Source of the DNA: Epithemia pelagica
Taxonomy: Eukaryota > Protista > Bacillariophyta
DNA length: 64,000 nt
Direction of reading: 5' to 3'
Assembly: GCA_946965045.2 (NCBI GenBank)
Contig: OX337229.1
Location: 4,712,001 to 4,776,000 of the forward strand
The notes below the pieces were generated by a model. It was not told where the DNA came from. It searched no databases and worked only from the letters and a program-made list of their open reading frames with translations. Made by a program: the position numbers and the translations under genes. The stretch's first letter is position 1, and every line of letters starts with the position of its first letter. This document shows positions 61,999 through 64,000 of this stretch, one piece after another.

Positions 61999-64000
61999 CT
62001 AGAGTTCCGCTGTCTTTACGGCCTTGGTTCCTTCTGTTCCTGGCAGTTTGTGCGTTTCCAGGGTGACGGACTGTCCGAGGAACGCATGAGGCGGCCGCAT
62101 GTTGATGGTGGCCATCATCATCTCGTCCTTTGTCGTCGTCCCAGTTTGCCAGAATTCACGGCCCATGCCAGGAATGGGATTCACCACGGTGGTCGGGGAC
62201 GCCGAATCATCACGCATCGTGGTATCCTCCTTCGTTCCTTTCTTCACATTGTCCGCCCGCGAATCGTCGTACTCCTTCATGCTGATCAAGGAAAAGCTTC
62301 GATCTGGACCACCAGCACCAGCACCAGAAAAGGTTGATGAGTGCGGTAAGAGGTGACTGGGCAGCAGGGTTGCCACTTGAAGTTGTTGTTGTTGTTGTTG
62401 TCGTGGCGGTGGTGGAAGCAACGGCCCTTCGTGTAGCATGGGCCTGTTGGTTGTGGATGAGGACAAATACAAGTCTGCCGACGACGAGGACAATAACCCG
62501 CTTCCCCAGGCTGATAAATTGGGAGGGAGGGATGCCAAGATTTCATCCAAGGGATCTGCTGGTCCATGGACAATGTGGCTGTCACCAAATGCAGATTCTC
62601 GTTGGTGATGTTTTGGGTGGTGCGACTCGACATGGTTTGTCTGGGCCATTTTCATCACTTTGACCTTCTTGTTGACAGCTGAATCACTGGAGGGCTTGTT
62701 CTGGGGGAAAAGAGGATCAACACCATGGTCGGTCGCCACTGTCTGTTGATGGTGGAGGATCTTGGCTGGAGTTGCGTTGAATCTGCTGTGCCCAATGGAT
62801 TCCTTCGGTGGTGCCAGGCCAACCTCCTCCTCGTGAGTTGAGTCAATCTCCGACACCACACGAGGCTGTTTGAAACCAAACGGAACACGATATGGATGGA
62901 AGTGATACTGATGCTTTGTAGCTTTGGATTTCTTCTTGTTGCCGGATGTTGCCTCCTGGGGTGATGCCACCGTTCCAGTGAATGCCGCCCGCCCGGCCGC
63001 CACACCTGCTGCAACTGCAATTCGTTTCTTATTCGGAGTTGCATTGTGCTTGCGTTTTTTCTTCTTCTTAATGGGCGATATTGGCACAGGCACCAGAAGC
63101 GGCGATTCCTTCTTGGGGATTTGGTTCCGGCATTGGCGACGTGGTTGAACACGTGTACCCCTTGTCTTTTGCAGCGACAGAAGCAACTCTGCAGCGAGAC
63201 CTGGTTGTTCTGGTTTGAGATCTTGAGGATTCATGGTGGACACGGCGTTGTCCACGGCAATCGCTTCGTGCTTGCCTTTTTCAACGTCGCATCTGTCGTT
63301 GTGTGGAGGAACACACGCACCATGCTTGTTGACTGTCATTGTGGGTACGTCGAGTCCCCTTTCTTCAGGTGTACTCTTCTTATTAGTCTCCTTAGATCCT
63401 TGCGTTTTGTATCCTTGTGGTTTCTTTTGACTCTTTTTGTATGATTCATATCCTAGAGGTCGAATGGCTTTGCGTTCGCGAAGTGCTTGACACGTCTTTT
63501 CAATGGCCCTTGCATTCGGGACGGTCCTGTAGAGCGTTGGAGATTCCGATCCAAGAGTCTTTGGTTCATCCTCCTGCGACTTGTCGTCCATCGTTTTTGT
63601 GCCATTGTTGCCGTCTTGATTGGATGGAAGATTCTCGGCAGGAACGACTTCCAGGACACGGCCGGGTGGATCGAGGGCAGAAATCTGATGCAAAATGGAT
63701 TTGGCAATGCTCATCTTGTGCTCATTTTTCGATCTAGCATAAATCTTTCGATGATCCCACACAATGCGACGAAAATTCATATTGCCTATGAAAAAGAGAA
63801 AGAAAAACAACAAGTGGTAAGGACGAGCGCTCAAGTTGCAGTTGTTTCAGTGTAACATTAGGGAGTGTTGATTCCAACGGTATGTGGACACAACCACAAG
63901 AATGAAAAAAGACTCATTGCATCAAGAAAGCGCATCAAGAGTGTATAGGTAAACCGAAACGTTAGCATATGATTCTCACGTACCATCCAACATTGTGACG
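61999..64000 (-). CDS. DUF6824-type domain protein with long low-complexity tail; intron 63786-63983; 5' end probably outside the window
   Basis: GNMNFRRIV..Y..K..IAKSILHQI..PPGRVL..AIEKTCQALRE. GTACGT..CATAG intron in phase 1. Confidence 0.7.

Noticed and set aside
1-64000. tRNA, rRNA, snoRNA genes or CRISPR arrays
   Set aside because: None recognised by eye. A covariance-model search (tRNAscan-SE, Infernal/Rfam) is needed to exclude small ncRNAs.

Overview
Eukaryotic nuclear DNA, most likely from a pennate diatom. Support: short GT-AG introns, ASAFAP-like plastid presequences, CoDi-type copia elements, silicanin-family genes and a DUF6824-type protein. The window holds about 27 compact host genes and four transposable elements. 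(1) The 5' half of a copia element runs off the left edge; its PBS resembles the tRNA-iMet anticodon arm. (2) An RT-deleted, two-ORF CRE/R2-like non-LTR element at about 12.9-18.1 kb. (3) A 590-bp TA-flanked MITE inserted into the end of that element's ORF2. (4) A complete, very young copia element at 28750-34933 with identical 223-bp LTRs and a CTGTC target-site duplication. The main finding concerns element 4. It has no tRNA-type PBS. The 14 nt directly after its 5' LTR are instead the perfect reverse complement of a 14-mer inside the LTR that starts one base after an Inr-like TCATTC. This is the geometry of Tf1-style self-primed reverse transcription, here in a Ty1/copia element. The same element has no Gag CCHC knuckle, carries extra coiled-coil and beta-barrel-like ORFs upstream of gag, reads pol 58 codons into the 3' LTR, and sits in a 226-bp divergent promoter. 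Other notable items: a head-to-head silicanin-like pair, an MSH2 apparently lacking domain I, a Kir channel with a zinc-finger-like insert seen only after splicing, and a four-repeat Myb. All family assignments come from motif recognition by eye; no database search was run.
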